Shown: piece after piece, positions 37,329-51,085 of the stretch
How positions within the stretch are numbered: the first letter of the stretch is position 1
Layout: each line of letters begins with the position of its first letter
Source: Camelus ferus
Lineage: Eukaryota
Assembly: GCF_009834535.1 (NCBI RefSeq)
Contig: NC_045697.1
Location: forward strand, 75,642,001-75,706,000
Direction of reading: 5' to 3'
DNA: 64,000 bases
Made by a program: the position numbers and the translations under genes
Notes under the pieces: generated by a model
What the model was told of the DNA's origin: nothing
Seen by the model: the letters and a program-made list of their open reading frames with translations, nothing else
The model's database searches: none

Positions 37329-39319
37329 GGACAGAGGGGCACCCACACATCATTTATTAAGTCTTCAGAAGTTAAGAAACAACCTGACTGTTGAATGAAG
37401 TATGTTTTATCCTCTTTCCTTGACAAATACGTTCATACCAACAAAACTGAAAAGACTATGTAGCAACATGGTTTTTATATGACTGAAAGTTGGCAAAATA
37501 TTTTAAGAGACTGAATTTAATAAATATTCTGCATGTCTGAATGTTCTGTTGATGAGCCAGTGATGTTTGTATGAATAATAAAAGATCCTCTCTGGTTCAT
37601 AAATTGCTATGTAGTCATTTCATTAAATTTTCTTGCTTGAATTTCAGCAAAATCACTCATTATGTCATTAGAGCAAAGGATTTCTACATAATTTGTGTTT
37701 TACCAATAATAATGATCTAATAAATTTAAAGTGAAATGTAATGATATTCAAAATATATAAAATTTAGATATATCTTCATCAAAAACAGATGAAATATAAA
37801 AGTTTTGATTAAAATTATTTGTATATTTTTTTAAAAACAATGATTTTCTTCTAATATAATATAATTTCTTCTAACATATTCTTTAAATTATTACAGAACT
37901 CAAAAGCCAAAATAAAAAATTATTATGGAATATCAAAGTATCAAATAAAATCATATAAAAAACAAAATTTTATTTAATATTTTAAAAATATAAGTAAATC
38001 TTATTAAATATATTTATAAAAATCAAATTGTTTGCTACTCTAGCATTCACTATCCACCTGGTTGCCAATGTAAAGAATTGCTATTACTCTTCATCAATAT
38101 TACATCTGGACTTACATACATAAAATGTAAGTGATAGCATTCTAAATGTTGAAAAGTGATCTTAAGAAACCATGTACAAACTGTTGGAAACACCTTGCTA
38201 ATTTATAAGTATCTCTGGGTCCACAGATTGAAGCATGAAGAGAAGAAAATGGACTGTCAGCACTACTGGGAAATGGATACTTTGTCACACAAGAAGCTTT
38301 GTGTTTACGCTGTCTGAAAGACTGATTTTGAGGAGGAAGAGTTTGATGAGTTAACTGATTTGTCTTTTCTCTAACCTAAGTGTTTTGACCATCCAAATCT
38401 TCCTGTGTGGTGAAGTACTTTGTATCTCTGGTCATGATCAGCAGCACCACCCATATGGCATGCACACACTGTCACTTTTGTTTGGAGGACAGAGGGCAAG
38501 AGATGTACAGAAGCATTTCACTGGCCATGGGTCATGCTGTAATTGCAGTGAGCTCCAGAATTCGAGGGACAGAGATGTCCATTCACTCTGTAATAATTTG
38601 TTCTGTGTGTGTGTATTTGCGATAAACAGCATCTTCCAAAGCAGGAGGCTTAGCCCAGGCTATCCTTTTGCTCTCATCTCCAGGAACTTCCTCTTCTCTT
38701 TCAAATCAGCCAAGTCTGGCCAGAGGAGAATATCTATGAGCACTTAGCCAAAACCAAAGCCAAAACCAAAACCACTGGAGTTTGCAAAACCTTGTAAGAA
38801 TGGGAGACGTTTCCAGAGCAAAGAAAACGTATCAGGACTTGAGGGCTGAAACTGCAAGGAGGAGAGAGCAAGTGAGGTTGGGGGTGGCAGGTGGGGGGAG
38901 GTGTGGGGAGAAGGTTGGTCTTCTTTTGAATGCCTAAATCTCTAAGGCTTTGTGTAGTACAGGGACACTCAATTCCTTGGTTCTCTCTTCACTGAACCTC
39001 TTCTGAGGTACAGCTGACCCTTTAGTGAAATCACTTTTTATATCATCCTTACAGTTCATCACACATTTGGTATGGAGAAGACTAGTAAGTCAGAACGTAT
39101 TGGAGGAAAGGAGGGTAATGGCCTTATTCTGGGGAGGCTCTGATGAAGATTAAGGATGATTATTGGAGAAGAAGGGGGACTGCTCCTCCATGGTGTATTA
39201 CAAGGCAGTTTCCCCTGTTGATCAGCAGCACCAAAGGGGTCATAGAAACAGACTGAGTCTCCTGAGTTCCACTTCCCACCACCACCTATTAGCAGGAAGC
39301 TTCAGGGAGGATGCTTCCT

Positions 39320-40210
39320 TTTTTTTTTTTAATAGATATATATCTTCTATTTTTATTGAAATATAGCTGATTTACAATGTTGTGTTAGTTTCAGGTGTAC
39401 AGCAAAGTAATCCAGTTTTATGTATGTATGTATATTCTTTTTCATATTCTTTTTTGTTATAGGTTATTACAGGATATTGAATGCAGCTCCTGTGCTATAC
39501 AGTAGGTCCTTGTTGTTTATCTATTTTATATATAGTAGTTCATATCTGCTAGTCTCAGACTCTTAATTTACCCCTCCCCCTCCCCTTTCCCCTTTGGTAA
39601 GCATAAATTTGTTTTCTACATCTGTGAGTCTGTTTCTGTTTTGTAACTAAGTTCATTTGCATCATATTTTAGATTCCACATATATGTGATATCATATAAC
39701 ATTTGTCTTTCTCTCCCCAAATTACTTCACTTAGTATGATAATCTCTAGGTTCATCCAGGTTGCTGCAAAAGGCATTATTTTGTTCTTTTTTATGACTGA
39801 GTAGTATTCTATTGTATAAATATACCACAGCTTCTTTATCCAGCTATCTGTCAACGGACATTTAGGTTGCTTCCTTATTTGGCTATTGTGAATAGTGCTG
39901 CTTTGAATATTGGGGTGCATGTATCTTTTTGAATTGGAGTTTTTGTCTTTTCCAAATATATGCCCAGGAGTGGGATTGCTGGATCATGTGGTAATTCTGT
40001 TTTTGGTTTCTTAAGGAACCTCTATACTGTTTTCCATAGTGGATGCTCCAATTAACATTCCCAACTCTGTACAAGGGTTCCCTTTCCTCAATACCCTCTC
40101 TAGCATTTATTGTTTGTGGAGTTTTTAATGATGGTCATTTTGACTGGTGTGACGTGATAACCCCATTGTAGTTTTGATTTGCATTTCTCTAATAATTAGT
40201 GATTATTATT

Positions 40211-40245
<35 letters not shown>

Positions 40246-41280
40246 ATATTTTCATGTGCCTATTGGCCATCTGTATATCTTTGTTGGAGAAATGTGTATT
40301 TAGGTCTTCTGCCCATTTTTGGATTGGATTGTTTGTTTTTTGTTATTGAGTTGTATAAGCTGTTTGTATAGTCTGGAAATCAATCATTTGTCAGTCCCAT
40401 CATTTGCAAATATTTTCTCCCAGTCTGTAGGTTTTCTTTTTGTCTTGTTTATGGTTTCCTTTGCTGTGCAAAAACTTGTAAGTTTGAGGTCCCATTTGTT
40501 TACTTTTGTATTTATTTCTATTATCTTGATAGACTGACCTAGAAAAACATTGCTACAATTTATGTTGGAGAAAGTTTTGCCTGTGTTCTCTCCTAGGAGT
40601 TTCATGGTGCTCTGTCGTATTTTTAAGTCTATAAGCCATTTTGAGTTTACTTTTTTGTATAGTGTGAGGGAGTGTTCTGATTTCATTAATTTACAGGCAG
40701 CTGTCCAACTTCCCCAACACCATTGCTGAATACTGTCTTTTCTCCATTGTATATTCTTGCCTCCTTTGTTGAAGATTAATTGACAGTAGGTGTGTAGGTC
40801 TGTTTCTGGGCTCTCCATTCTGTTCCACTGAGCCATATGTCTGGTTTTTGTGCCACTACCATGCTGTTTTGATTACTGTAGCCTTGTAGTATTGTCTGAA
40901 GTCTGGGAGGGTTATGCCTCCAGATTTGTTCTTTTTCCTCAGGATTGCTTTGGCAATTCTAGCTCTCTTGTGATTCCTTAACAATTTTAGGAGTATTTGT
41001 TCTAGTTCTGTGAAAAATGGGTCATGGGTGATTTGATAGGGATTATATTAAGTCTATAGATTGCTTTGGGTAGTAATGGTCACTTCATCATTGTTAATTC
41101 TTCTAATCCAAGAGCATGGAATATCTTTCCATTTCTTGAAATCATCTTCAGTCTCCTTTATTGTTTTACAGTTCTAAGCACACAGGTCTTTTACCTCCTT
41201 GGTCAGATTTACTCCTAAGTATTTTTATGCAATTTTTAAAGAAATTGCTTTTTTTTTACTTTCCTTTCTGGTACTTCATT
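39320..41280 (-). mobile_element. 5'-truncated L1 with internal (GTT)n at ~40213-40245
   Basis: Minus-strand ORF 40384-40836 (QWNRMESPE..QLIFNKGGKNIQWRKDS) is L1 ORF2. The poly(A) end is at ~39320-39355. Confidence 0.93.
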
Positions 41281-41970
41281 GGCTTCCTAACTACTCTTGA
41301 ATGTAAGAAAAATTCATTTCTCATATAATTCTATAATGCTAAGATTTCACAATTCAGATTTCCCCCTGCCCACCACCACCATCCCGTTCCCCCTAAATAT
41401 GCAACAATTTACTATAGCAGCCCCATTCCTAGGGAACACATTTTTGACTCTAAAGAGCCAGGCTTTCACTCAGTAGGTAGATAAATAAGTTCTATCACAC
41501 ATTGTTGGCCAGGTGACCTCCACTTCCTCTAGGTCTTCTTTTATTAATTCTTAAAAGATTTAGGAGATGGATGCTATACATCAGGCATTGTCATCAGCCT
41601 ATGAAGTTACAAAAATAATATGACACTCTTCAGCTCCAATGAGTTCAGCAGTCTTTCAAGAAATGCTATCCTTCTACATTAAAAGTATCTACTCTTAAAA
41701 ATCAGTCATTCAGATCTCTAACCTTACTGAAAACATTATTGTCTGCTGTAATCTGAAGAAGAACTGCATTAAATAGAAGGAAAGCTATTTTAGTGCATCT
41801 TGGTGTTAATTTAATGGTTTATGAATTTGTAGAATTTATTCTTGCTTAATGGTATCTTGTACTCTCAAACCAGTGTTTGTTGATAATGGTTGGTGACTTA
41901 ATGGCACAGACATGTAGAACGTAACCTTGGATAACTACCATGTTTGACCTCTTAGTTTATTATGGGTCTA

Positions 41971-42326
41971 TGTATTAGTCAGAGTTCTCCAGAAAATAGA
42001 ACTCATGGGATGAATATATCAAGAAAGCGATTTATTATAAGAACTGGTTCATGCAATTATGGAGACTGGAAAGCCTAAATCTGCAGTTTGGGCCAGCAGG
42101 CTAGAGGCCCAGCAGAATGGATGATGCAGATGAAGCCCAAAGACAGTCTTCTGGAAAATTCCCTCTTGCTTGGGGAGGCTGGTCTTCTGTTTTATTCAGG
42201 CCTTTGGCTGATTGAATGAGTCCCACTCACATTATGGAGGACAATCTGCTTATTCTAAATTCTCTGATTTCAGTGTTGATCTCATCAAAACACTCTCCAA
42301 GTTGACACATAAAATGAACCATCACA
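41971..42326 (-). mobile_element. MLT2 (ERVL) solo LTR
   Basis: tgtattagtcagagttctccaga...aagttgacacataaaatgaaccatcaca, with TSD GTCTA/GTTTA. Confidence 0.88.
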
Positions 42327-42369
42327 GTTTATTATGGGATGAGTTTTTACAGATTTTTAAGAATTTCAC

Positions 42370-42510
42370 TGTGTCATTCAATCATCATCATAACCCTCTG
42401 AAGTAAGCATTTAATAGATGAAGAAAATGAATCTTAGAGATTCAGTAACTTGCTGAAGGTCACATAGGTAAGTGGGGGAACTGAGATTTGAAAACAAATC
42501 TGTTTGGCTT
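42370..42510 (-). mobile_element. MIR SINE
   Basis: atagatgaagaaaatgaatcttagaga...agtaacttgctgaaggtcaca. Confidence 0.7.
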
Positions 42511-42529
42511 CAGAAATAGTGCTTTTTAG

Positions 42530-43577
42530 TAAAGGAAACCATAAGCAAAACAAAACAACCACCTACGGAATGGGAGAAAATATTTTCAAATGATGAAACT
42601 GACAAAGGTTTAGTTTCCAGAATATATAAACAGCTCATATAATGTAATAACAAAAAAAAAAAACCCAATCCAAAAATGGGCAGAAGACCTAAACAAGCAT
42701 TTCTCCAATGAAGACATACAAATGGCCAATAGGCACATGAAAAAATGCTCAATACTACTAATTATCAGAGAAGTGCAAAATAAAACTACAATGAAGTATC
42801 ACCTTATACCAGTCAGAATGGCCATCATTAAAAAGTCCACAAATGGTAAATGCTGGAAAGGGTGTGGAGAAAAGGGAACTCTCCTACACTGCTGGTAAGA
42901 ATGGGTTTGGTGCAGCCATTATGGAAAACAGTACTAAGATTCCTCAAAAAAACTAAAAATAGACTTACCATATGATCCAGCAATCCCACTCCTGGGCATA
43001 TATCTGGAGGGAACTCTAATGCAAAAAGATATATGCACCCCAATGTTCACAGAAGCACTATATACAACAGCCAAGACATGGAAACAACCTAAATGTCACA
43101 ACAACTGATGACTGGATAAAGAAGTTGTGGTATATTTGTACAATGGAATACTATTCAGCCATAAAAATAACAAAAGCATGCCATTTGTAGCAACTTGGAT
43201 GGACCTAGAGATTGTCGTTCTAAGTGAAGTAAGCCAAAAAGAGAAAGAAAAATACCATATGATATCACTTATATGTGGAATCTAAAAAAAGAGGAAAAAA
43301 GGACACTATGAACTCATCTACAAAACAGGCTCACAGGCATAGTAAACAATACTATGGTTACCAGGAAAAGTGGGTGGGAAGGGATAAGTCTGGGAGTTTG
43401 AGACTTGCAAATGTTAGCCATCATATATAAAAATAGAGTTAAAAACAAACAAGTTTCTTCTGTATAGCATAGGGAACTATATTCAATATCTTGTAATAAC
43501 CTCTAATGAGAAAGAATGTGAAAACAAGTATATGTATGTATATGCATGACTGGGACATGGTGCTGTACACCAGAAAT
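42530..43577 (+). mobile_element. L1 3' portion lacking its poly(A) end
   Basis: aaaggaaaccataagc...gaatgggagaaaatattt...tatgatccagcaatcccactcctggg...tgctgtacaccagaaat. Confidence 0.9.
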
Positions 43578-44116
43578 GCTGTACACTAGGAAATGTTGAT
43601 GTGTGTTCTGCTAATATCAGTCAAACAGAGGTTTGTTTCTGAAAACCTGTGAGAAACATTATCAATGCCAATTCCTGGTCCCATCCTTCCTCCTTATAGT
43701 TATGTGCTCAACTCTCACCATTTACTTATATGTAGGTAAAAGTAACAAAATCTCAAGATGCACTACTCCTATGCACTCCAGAGGACTCAGGAGATTAGAG
43801 AGAACAGGAATAGAAAAGGAACTACCTTCATGACAAAACGGCACCTGCCTCTCTGCAGTATGGAGGGGCTGTCCCAATAGACCACTCAATGATTGTGAAC
43901 ACCCAGGTATCAGAATTGAATCCATTAATGACTGTGCACTTAATGCAGTCTTGTACAGTCACATCCCACAGAATATCTCCTTAGCTAATGTTTTATGGCA
44001 GGACATTTTTTGGTTTTCAATACCCAACCTTCATGGAACATAGGTATCTTTCAGCACAACTTATTTTGGCTGATGTTTACATTGAAAGGATTTATAATTA
44101 AATCCCTAAGACTCAT

Positions 44117-44673
44117 TGTATTAATAGGATTCTCCAGAGAAACAGAATTAAAAGGATATATACAGATATATATAAGAGGAGATTTATTACAGGAATTAGC
44201 TCATGTGATTATGGGAAACAAGAACTCTCATGATCTGCTGTCTGCACCCTGGAGACCCAGGAAAGCTGGTGGTGTTCAGTCTGAGAATGAAGGCCTGATA
44301 ACCAGGGAAGACGATGGTGTAAGTCCAGGTCCAAAGTCTTGAGAATCAGGGAGCTGATGACATAAGCTCTGGTCCAAGTCCAAAGGCCAGAGAACCAGTA
44401 TAGCTGATGTCAGAGGGCACAAGAATATGGATGTTTCAGCTCAAACAGAGCAAATATACCTTTCCTCTGCTGTTTTGTTCTATTCAGGGCCTCAAGAGAT
44501 TAGATGATGACCTCTTGCATTGCTGAAGTGATCATCTTTACTAGCATTAACAATTCAAAATTCTACTGTCTTCCAGAAACATGCTCACAGACACACCCAA
44601 AAATCATATGTTTTACCAGCCATTTGGGCATCCCTTAACCCAGTCAAGTTGACAGACAAAATTAACCATCACA
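44117..44673 (-). mobile_element. MLT2B-like (ERVL) solo LTR
   Basis: tgtattaataggattctccagagaaacag...cagtcaagttgacagacaaaattaaccatcaca, with a perfect 5-bp TSD CTCAT (44112-44116, 44674-44678). Confidence 0.92.
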
Positions 44674-46539
44674 CTCATTACCACATATTAAACCAAATGA
44701 CGTATAGGAAAATTCTGTGATTCCAAATGGACTTGCTGAAATGTCAGACTCTATGCAGACTTTTTTAAAAGCTGAAGAGTGCTAACAGAGGGGAAGTGCA
44801 ATGTGTTACTGCATGCAAAACAACTATTTATAACCACTATTTTTACTGTTTGGGGATTAAGAAGCAATATTGCAAGCATATTACAATTATTACTTACGTA
44901 TGTAAGTAATATACATAATTACTGTATTGGCTCCATTAAAGGAAATTGGTGGGGAGGGAATGGTGTAGCATACTTACTTTTTCTATTTTAAATAGGGAAC
45001 AAGCCGAAAGTCAGCTTTTTGTTGCACAGAACATCTGAGTTTCACAAAAGAATTTCTGATATTAAGAAGGTTATGTGTAATTGTATTTCAATAACTCAGG
45101 TGGCAGCGAAGATGCACTGATCACCCTGTCTCAGAAGAACACAAAGTATCCATCATTTCCTTTCTTATTCTCTGGAAATCAGGACACTTTAATTGCTACC
45201 TCATCTTGGGACTTGATTCCATTGGAATCATGAGCATCAAAGAATTAACAGTCAGAAGACTGATTGGTTTTTCTCTTCGTGTCAGCGAACACTGTGGTGG
45301 CAGGAAGGCCTTTGTGATGTTGCCAAACTCTTGTGGAAGGTTATGGAGGCTGCAGCAAATGTCGTCAGCACAGATGCTGGCTGCCAGGATTCAGCAACCT
45401 AGAGTAACAACTTCTGAATATTTACTTAGTGATCTCTAGGTACTGGGACTGTCCTGATTGTTTAAATACAGGTAATAAACTTAAAGTACTGATTCCCCTT
45501 TTCCAGGAGTCAAAAGTGGACACAGAAACCAGGACAGCTTTTCAGAAGTGAGCAAAGTGCCTGATGCAGAGTCTGTGAGACCTTCTTTGTACAGTCACCA
45601 CTTTGAGGATAAATAAGTTCACTTTTGTGAACTCTGAGCACAGAAATGTGCTCAAAGTTGCTGGGACCTTGTTTGATGACACTTCTAATTTAGACCTTGA
45701 TGCTGTCAAAGATGTGAAAATGATCATCCTTCACAGATAAAGAGAGAATGATGGTGGAAGTGCTGGTATTGCTTACAATCCGTCATGTCTCCATTTGCAA
45801 AAGTGTGAGCTAGAGAAAGGTTTATTTTTAAATGAATCAGTACATAAAGATGAATCTGCTTAAGACATGTAGAGGATAAGGAAGGCATCTGCTTCAGAAT
45901 CTCTGTACTTTATAAATGTGAGAGTTGTGTGTTTCTTTTTAAATCAATATATACAATGCAACAGATTTTATCAAAAATTTTATCGTCTATAATCTCTGTT
46001 CATGAGGAGGAGAGATTACAACTGTTGGTCTAAATTTGTAACAATGCAAAGTAAATTCCTACTTGTCCTGTCAATACATTAAGGTATCTAAATATAGAAA
46101 CATTCATCACACTTTAAAAAGGGGCTGACAATCTACTCTCTGAAAGAAATATATTTTTTCTTTCCTTGGGAAAAAAGAGGTTTTCGTAGTTATAAAAGCA
46201 AACACATACACACACAACCCCCATATATCAGTATGATCTTGTGTTGTAAGCCAAGGAGCAAAGATTTAGAACATAAATTTTTTTTTCCATATAAGTTATT
46301 TCCCTTATTGAAAATTCCACATATAAAAACTGGAGCACACACATGTAGCACACTCAACTTCTTCTTCCACAAACATTCAGATTTGTGGTGTCTAAACTAG
46401 ATACTCCAGTGTTTGTTTCTTTCCTTTCTTTATAAAGAAATATAAAAATATAAAATCCCTTCAGGTATTGTAATGTAATGAGGGTAGACCACAATTCATA
46501 ACTGTTACACAGATAGGGAGACATTATGGCAAAGAAAAT

Positions 46540-47350
46540 GAACAGTTTACTAGCTACATGTAATAAGAGTGAATCTCACAAACATAAAACCAAATATTAG
46601 AACCCAGACAAAAGAATACATAGTGTATGATGACACACATACCAAGTTTTAAAAGCAGGCAAAACCAACCTCTGATATTTAGGGATAAATGCTTCAATGA
46701 TAAAATTATAAATGAAAGTAAGGAAATGACTTCCCAAAAAAGACTGTGGTTTCCTTTGTGGAGAAAGTAGGAAATAATGACTGAGACAGGGCATGGAGGA
46801 TATTTCTGGGCCAATGGCAGTAAAAGAAAACTGGTGTTTGCTTTGCAATGAATAGATGAGAAATGAACTGTGCTTGTGAGTGTGTGTACTCTTCTATAAA
46901 TGTGTTTCATTGCAAAATGTAAAGTTGGAAAAAACAAAATTTGTGAATCCAATTATATTTTAAGAGCCTTTAAGAAAAGGCTAGTACTTCTGGTGCTTGA
47001 ATTTCACATTTGGAAATCTAATTTATAGAGATAATCTCTTTAAAATGTCTTATTCCTGATGATATTCACTGAAAAATTATCACTACTTTGGAAAATTACT
47101 ACTAAAATCCAGAAATAAAGAAAATGGCTTAAATTATGCTTATAAACGATTTGATCTAATAATACATGTGGTATAATTATGACTGTGTTTTTAAAAAGTT
47201 CTATCTATGGAAACAAGACTTAAAAGACACAATAAAATGTTAAAAGTTAGTTTGAGTAGTGGGATTATAGCTGACTTTTTCTTCATGTTTTATCTGATTT
47301 CTCTATCTTCCTCTAATTAGCACTTACTAATTCAAAAGTTTTTTAAATAG
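46540..47350 (+). mobile_element. Ancient L1M 3'-end fragments
   Basis: gtgaatctcacaaacat...aagaatacatagtgtatgat...aaaagcaggcaaaaccaac and gagtagtgggattatagctgac. Confidence 0.65.
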
Positions 47351-47454
47351 ACTTCTTTCCAGTTTGGGGGAAACTTTTATACAATCATGACTTGACTTAT
47401 TTATATTTCTCTGTGCAATATGTTGGAGTTTGAAACATCTTAATTTTTCAGAGC

Positions 47455-47600
47455 CTCCTAGGAACCTTGTAAAGGATTATCATTCCTTGGTCAACTGCAG
47501 AAATAGAGGCACATGGAGCTTGAATAACTTGACCTAAGCCACATAAAGTAGGAGAGCCAGAATTTGAACCCATTCTTCTTAATTCAAAATTCTGAAATGT
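47455..47600 (-). mobile_element. MIR SINE
   Basis: gaaatagaggcac...taacttgacctaagccaca...gagccagaatttgaaccc. Confidence 0.65.
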
Positions 47601-48869
47601 ATTAAATTATACCATACATATAGGTAGGGTTACAAAAGTATGATTATCTATAAATAAGAATAACAGTAACTAATTCTCCCTAAAAAATATAGTAGCAATG
47701 TCCAATAGTGAGATCCAGATTACCAGGCAGATATCATGTTAACCAGTGATTCTCAACGTTTGGGGTGGGTGGAGATACAGATGCCTACAAGGATCTGCTA
47801 AAAGCACCACCACCACCACACCCACCCCCAAAAAGCACACATACATACATATGCAGGGTCTTTCTCCCATTTAATTCATAAAAATCTATGAAGCCTGCTT
47901 TTAACCCCCACCTACATGAATATGATTTCAAGAGAGCAATGAACTAGAACTAAGTATCAAAAATGGCTGGGAAAAACAGAGGTTAATTAAGTAGAAAGAA
48001 GTGTTTAGGACAAGCTTTTTTTTCTCCTCAAGCTTCAATAAAATCCACAACAAAGAACAAAGACAGTAGAAATAGCACCACTCGTTGTCCACTGTGAAGT
48101 TTTCAAGGATGGCAGATAACCTTTCCTTCCCACACCCAGAAAATCAGAAGTCTTACAAAGAACTCAAGGCCAGTGGATAAATCCCTATTGCCCCTGTATA
48201 TTGTATAAAAGGGAGGCTCAAGACTTGCAATTATTTCTTCCCTGAACAGAGTCCTGGACCCAGATGGGTGAAAATGGAAATATAGTAATACAAAGCTAAT
48301 GAGACAGCTCCAGGCATGAGACCAACCTATCTTGCTCAGATCTTCCCTGGCAAGTGGATCTGAGATACTTGAAGGAGAGAACAAAAGAGACCCTCAGGGC
48401 CCTGACATGCTCCATGCCGTGCTTGCCAGGAAGCTCCCAGCCCATCACACTGCGCCAGGTCATCATTCACACACGTTTGGCCATATTCTCTCATGCTAGC
48501 TCCATATTCCCTCATCCTAGCTCCATATTCCAAAACATACTCATTGGATTATGACTATAAGCCTATTTATGTTACCCGCCCCCCCATCCCGCCATTCCTC
48601 CCCCTCTCAACTCCACAATACTGGAAAATTCACTCAAAACTTGGTAATGCTTAAGTTATAAATATAAATATCTGGACTCTCACACGTTACAGAACAAGCT
48701 GACTTCCATGTGCTGCGGCAGAGTTGGAGGACCAGGCTGCAGTGCTTAAACTGATGTCTGCTCCCTCTGCAGCCATAATCTATCTCCTCCTTGCCTGCCC
48801 CAGTGCCACATCAGATGGGGATGCAAGCTCTGACTAGACAATATGGAACGAGTACAGTAAAACCCAGAA

Positions 48870-49090
48870 GGAACATTTATGAATCCCTAAGTGCCAGGAA
48901 CTCTGAGTTAACTGCTTTCAAATCTTTTATCTTACCAAATCCCAAATCCTTGTTTTATAGGCAAGAGAAGTCACCTAGAGGCTCAGAGAAGTCAAATAAC
49001 TTTCCCAAGGATACAATGGCCTCGGCTCTCATCAGAGAAATAGAGCATTTGGCTCAGAGTTGTTCTGATGTAAGCTTTCTAACCACACTC
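48870..49090 (-). mobile_element. MIR SINE
   Basis: gaggctcagagaagtcaaataactttcccaagg. Confidence 0.6.
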
Positions 49091-49650
49091 AACCATGACA
49101 CACAATCAAGGACCCTCAGTTTACAAGCTTAAACTCAGGATCCCTCAACAAAGCTTTGCCAGGTGGATCCCTCCCAGACCCATCCTCCATCTGTCTTAGA
49201 AACTTGAGCATTATGACAATTGCTTGCATGACAGTCTAAGCTGAGGTTTCTATGCCTTTGTTTTATATAAAATGAGGAAGGCAGTATCAGACTCTTTCCT
49301 ACTTTCTAGGCTTATATCAAGAGCAAAACTAAGTTATGTAGGTAAGGCTAATTAAACAGAATTTTCATCTTGATGTCTTGTTTGACTCTGACATAGGAAA
49401 ATTGTTTTAGAGTATGAATTCTGAGCTGGCACAAAGAAGAAAGAAATAGCAACTACAGTGGTATGATAAATAAGAAAAGGGTTTCAAGCTCATAAAACAT
49501 AAATGCTTAGTACAAAATAATCTGTCACTTTCTTTTTCTCATTGTCCTAACTTCCTCATTCAATTATTATTTTACCATGTTTTCTCATTTGAATTCTGTA
49601 ACATAGCTTAAATCTTTTCGAAAAAAAAAATCAAGAAAAAATTTTTAACA

Positions 49651-50020
49651 TTGTGACAGAAACTAGCTAAATGCTCAATAATCCCATTAACTCTTCCTGA
49701 GAATCCAGGGAAACTACATTTCCTGGCATTCCATGCAGTTAGTTTGGAATCATGTAACCAGTCCTGGTCAGTGAAATGAAGATAGCACGAGAAAAAGGCC
49801 ACGTTCAAGGTCTGGCCCTAACACCCTTGCACGGTCATCCCCACTCTCTCTGCTCTTCCACAGTGATCAAGGAATCCACAGATTACAAGTAATGAAATCA
49901 AAAAATGGAGTGATCTACATCTACCTACAGACTGTGATAAGTGCAGGAAATGAACTGTTTTTGTATTAAGCCAACAAGATTTGGAGATTATTTTTATAGC
50001 AGTTAGCATTGCTTATCTTG
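49651..50020 (+). mobile_element. MLT1J-like MaLR LTR
   Basis: gggaaactacatttcctggcattccatgcagttag...gtattaagccaacaagatttggag...tatagcagttagcatt. Confidence 0.7.
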
Positions 50021-50164
50021 ATTATGTAGTAAGAAAATTCACATTATTCTACCTTTTAAGACTGGGAAACAAAAGGTAGAAAAAAATTATTTTCGAATCT
50101 TTAGCAAATTATACAAACGGACAAGTTATTAAGCGCAAAGTCATGTTTTCTGTTCTGGCAGGAA

Positions 50165-50405
50165 TTCCCAACACTGGTGCACAAGTATCTGAGTCCTTGT
50201 TTTCAGTTCTTTTCAGGGTGCACCTAGAAACTGAGTGCTGGATTATATGGTAATTCTATGTTTAACTTTCTGAGGAACCACCACACCACTTTCCACAGCT
50301 GTTGCAGCACGCTGCATTCCAGCCAAGAGTGCACCGGGGCCGCAATTTCTCTACATCCTCACCAACACTTTACATTTTCTGTTTTTATGATAGTAGCCAA
50401 CTTAA
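50165..50405 (-). mobile_element. L1 fragment
   Basis: tgctggattatatggtaattctatgtttaac...ttctctacatcctcaccaacactt. Confidence 0.75.
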
Positions 50406-50784
50406 CTTATGTGATATTTCCTTTTATATGTCTGTCTACTGCACTACTATTCTTTGTTACTTATGGAAGGTAAAAATGGAAAATCATTTTAAAAAGACAG
50501 ATAATACAATCTATATTTTTAAATAAATTTAAATTTTTTTAATTAATTTTCCTCAGAACCTTGTGCTTATACTAAAACTTTAACACTAACATTCATGATT
50601 TTGATGAGCACAAAGTGATTATACCGTCACTGGCAAAGTCCACGAACAAATCCTGAGGGAAAAAAAGAATCTGGGTAATAAAATAAAGTCTAACCTTTTT
50701 TTCCTTTGGCTTAGTCTGGTTTCACTTGCTCTTGGATGCTGAGTACAAAGGCTGTGCAATGAGCACTTCAGAAGGGAGTTATTC

Positions 50785-51085
50785 CCGAGAAACGGCTGCA
50801 CCAAACGCCTCAGCTTTGCGGCCACAGAAGCACTGCAGCACACCACTGCGATTCAAGATGGCGGGGCTGTGTGCAGAGACGCTGCGCCTGGCACTCCCGC
50901 GTGAGCGACACAGCCGCTCCTCATCGCGAGAACTCCCCTACTCACGGAGGACCGATAAAGCCGCCCCGCTCACAGCCTGGCCAGCCTACTGTAAAGCGCA
51001 AAAGCTCACACTTCTCCAATTCTCTGATCAAAGAATAAAGGCTTCCTTTGCTCCTGAACCAAACTCAGTCTCATTCTATTGGCTC
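50785..51085. promoter_or_regulatory. Small orphan CpG-rich promoter/enhancer-like element
   Basis: About 19 CpGs in ~215 bp within a CpG-depleted window, YY1 consensus CAAGATGGCGG at 50854-50864, TCGCGAGA core at 50924-50931, and a reverse CCAAT box at 51078-51082. Confidence 0.6.

Noticed and set aside
2842..43043. Many 60-150-aa ORFs such as 3453-3788, 25193-25522, 27878-28243, 40384-40836 and their antisense hydrophobic partners
   Set aside because: They are fragments of L1 ORF2 or its reverse strand within frameshifted, truncated elements, not genes.
45060..45790. Unique moderately GC-rich segment with ORFs 45206-45439 and 45542-45727, a possible retrocopy
   Set aside because: No recognisable protein, poly(A) tail or TSD was seen.
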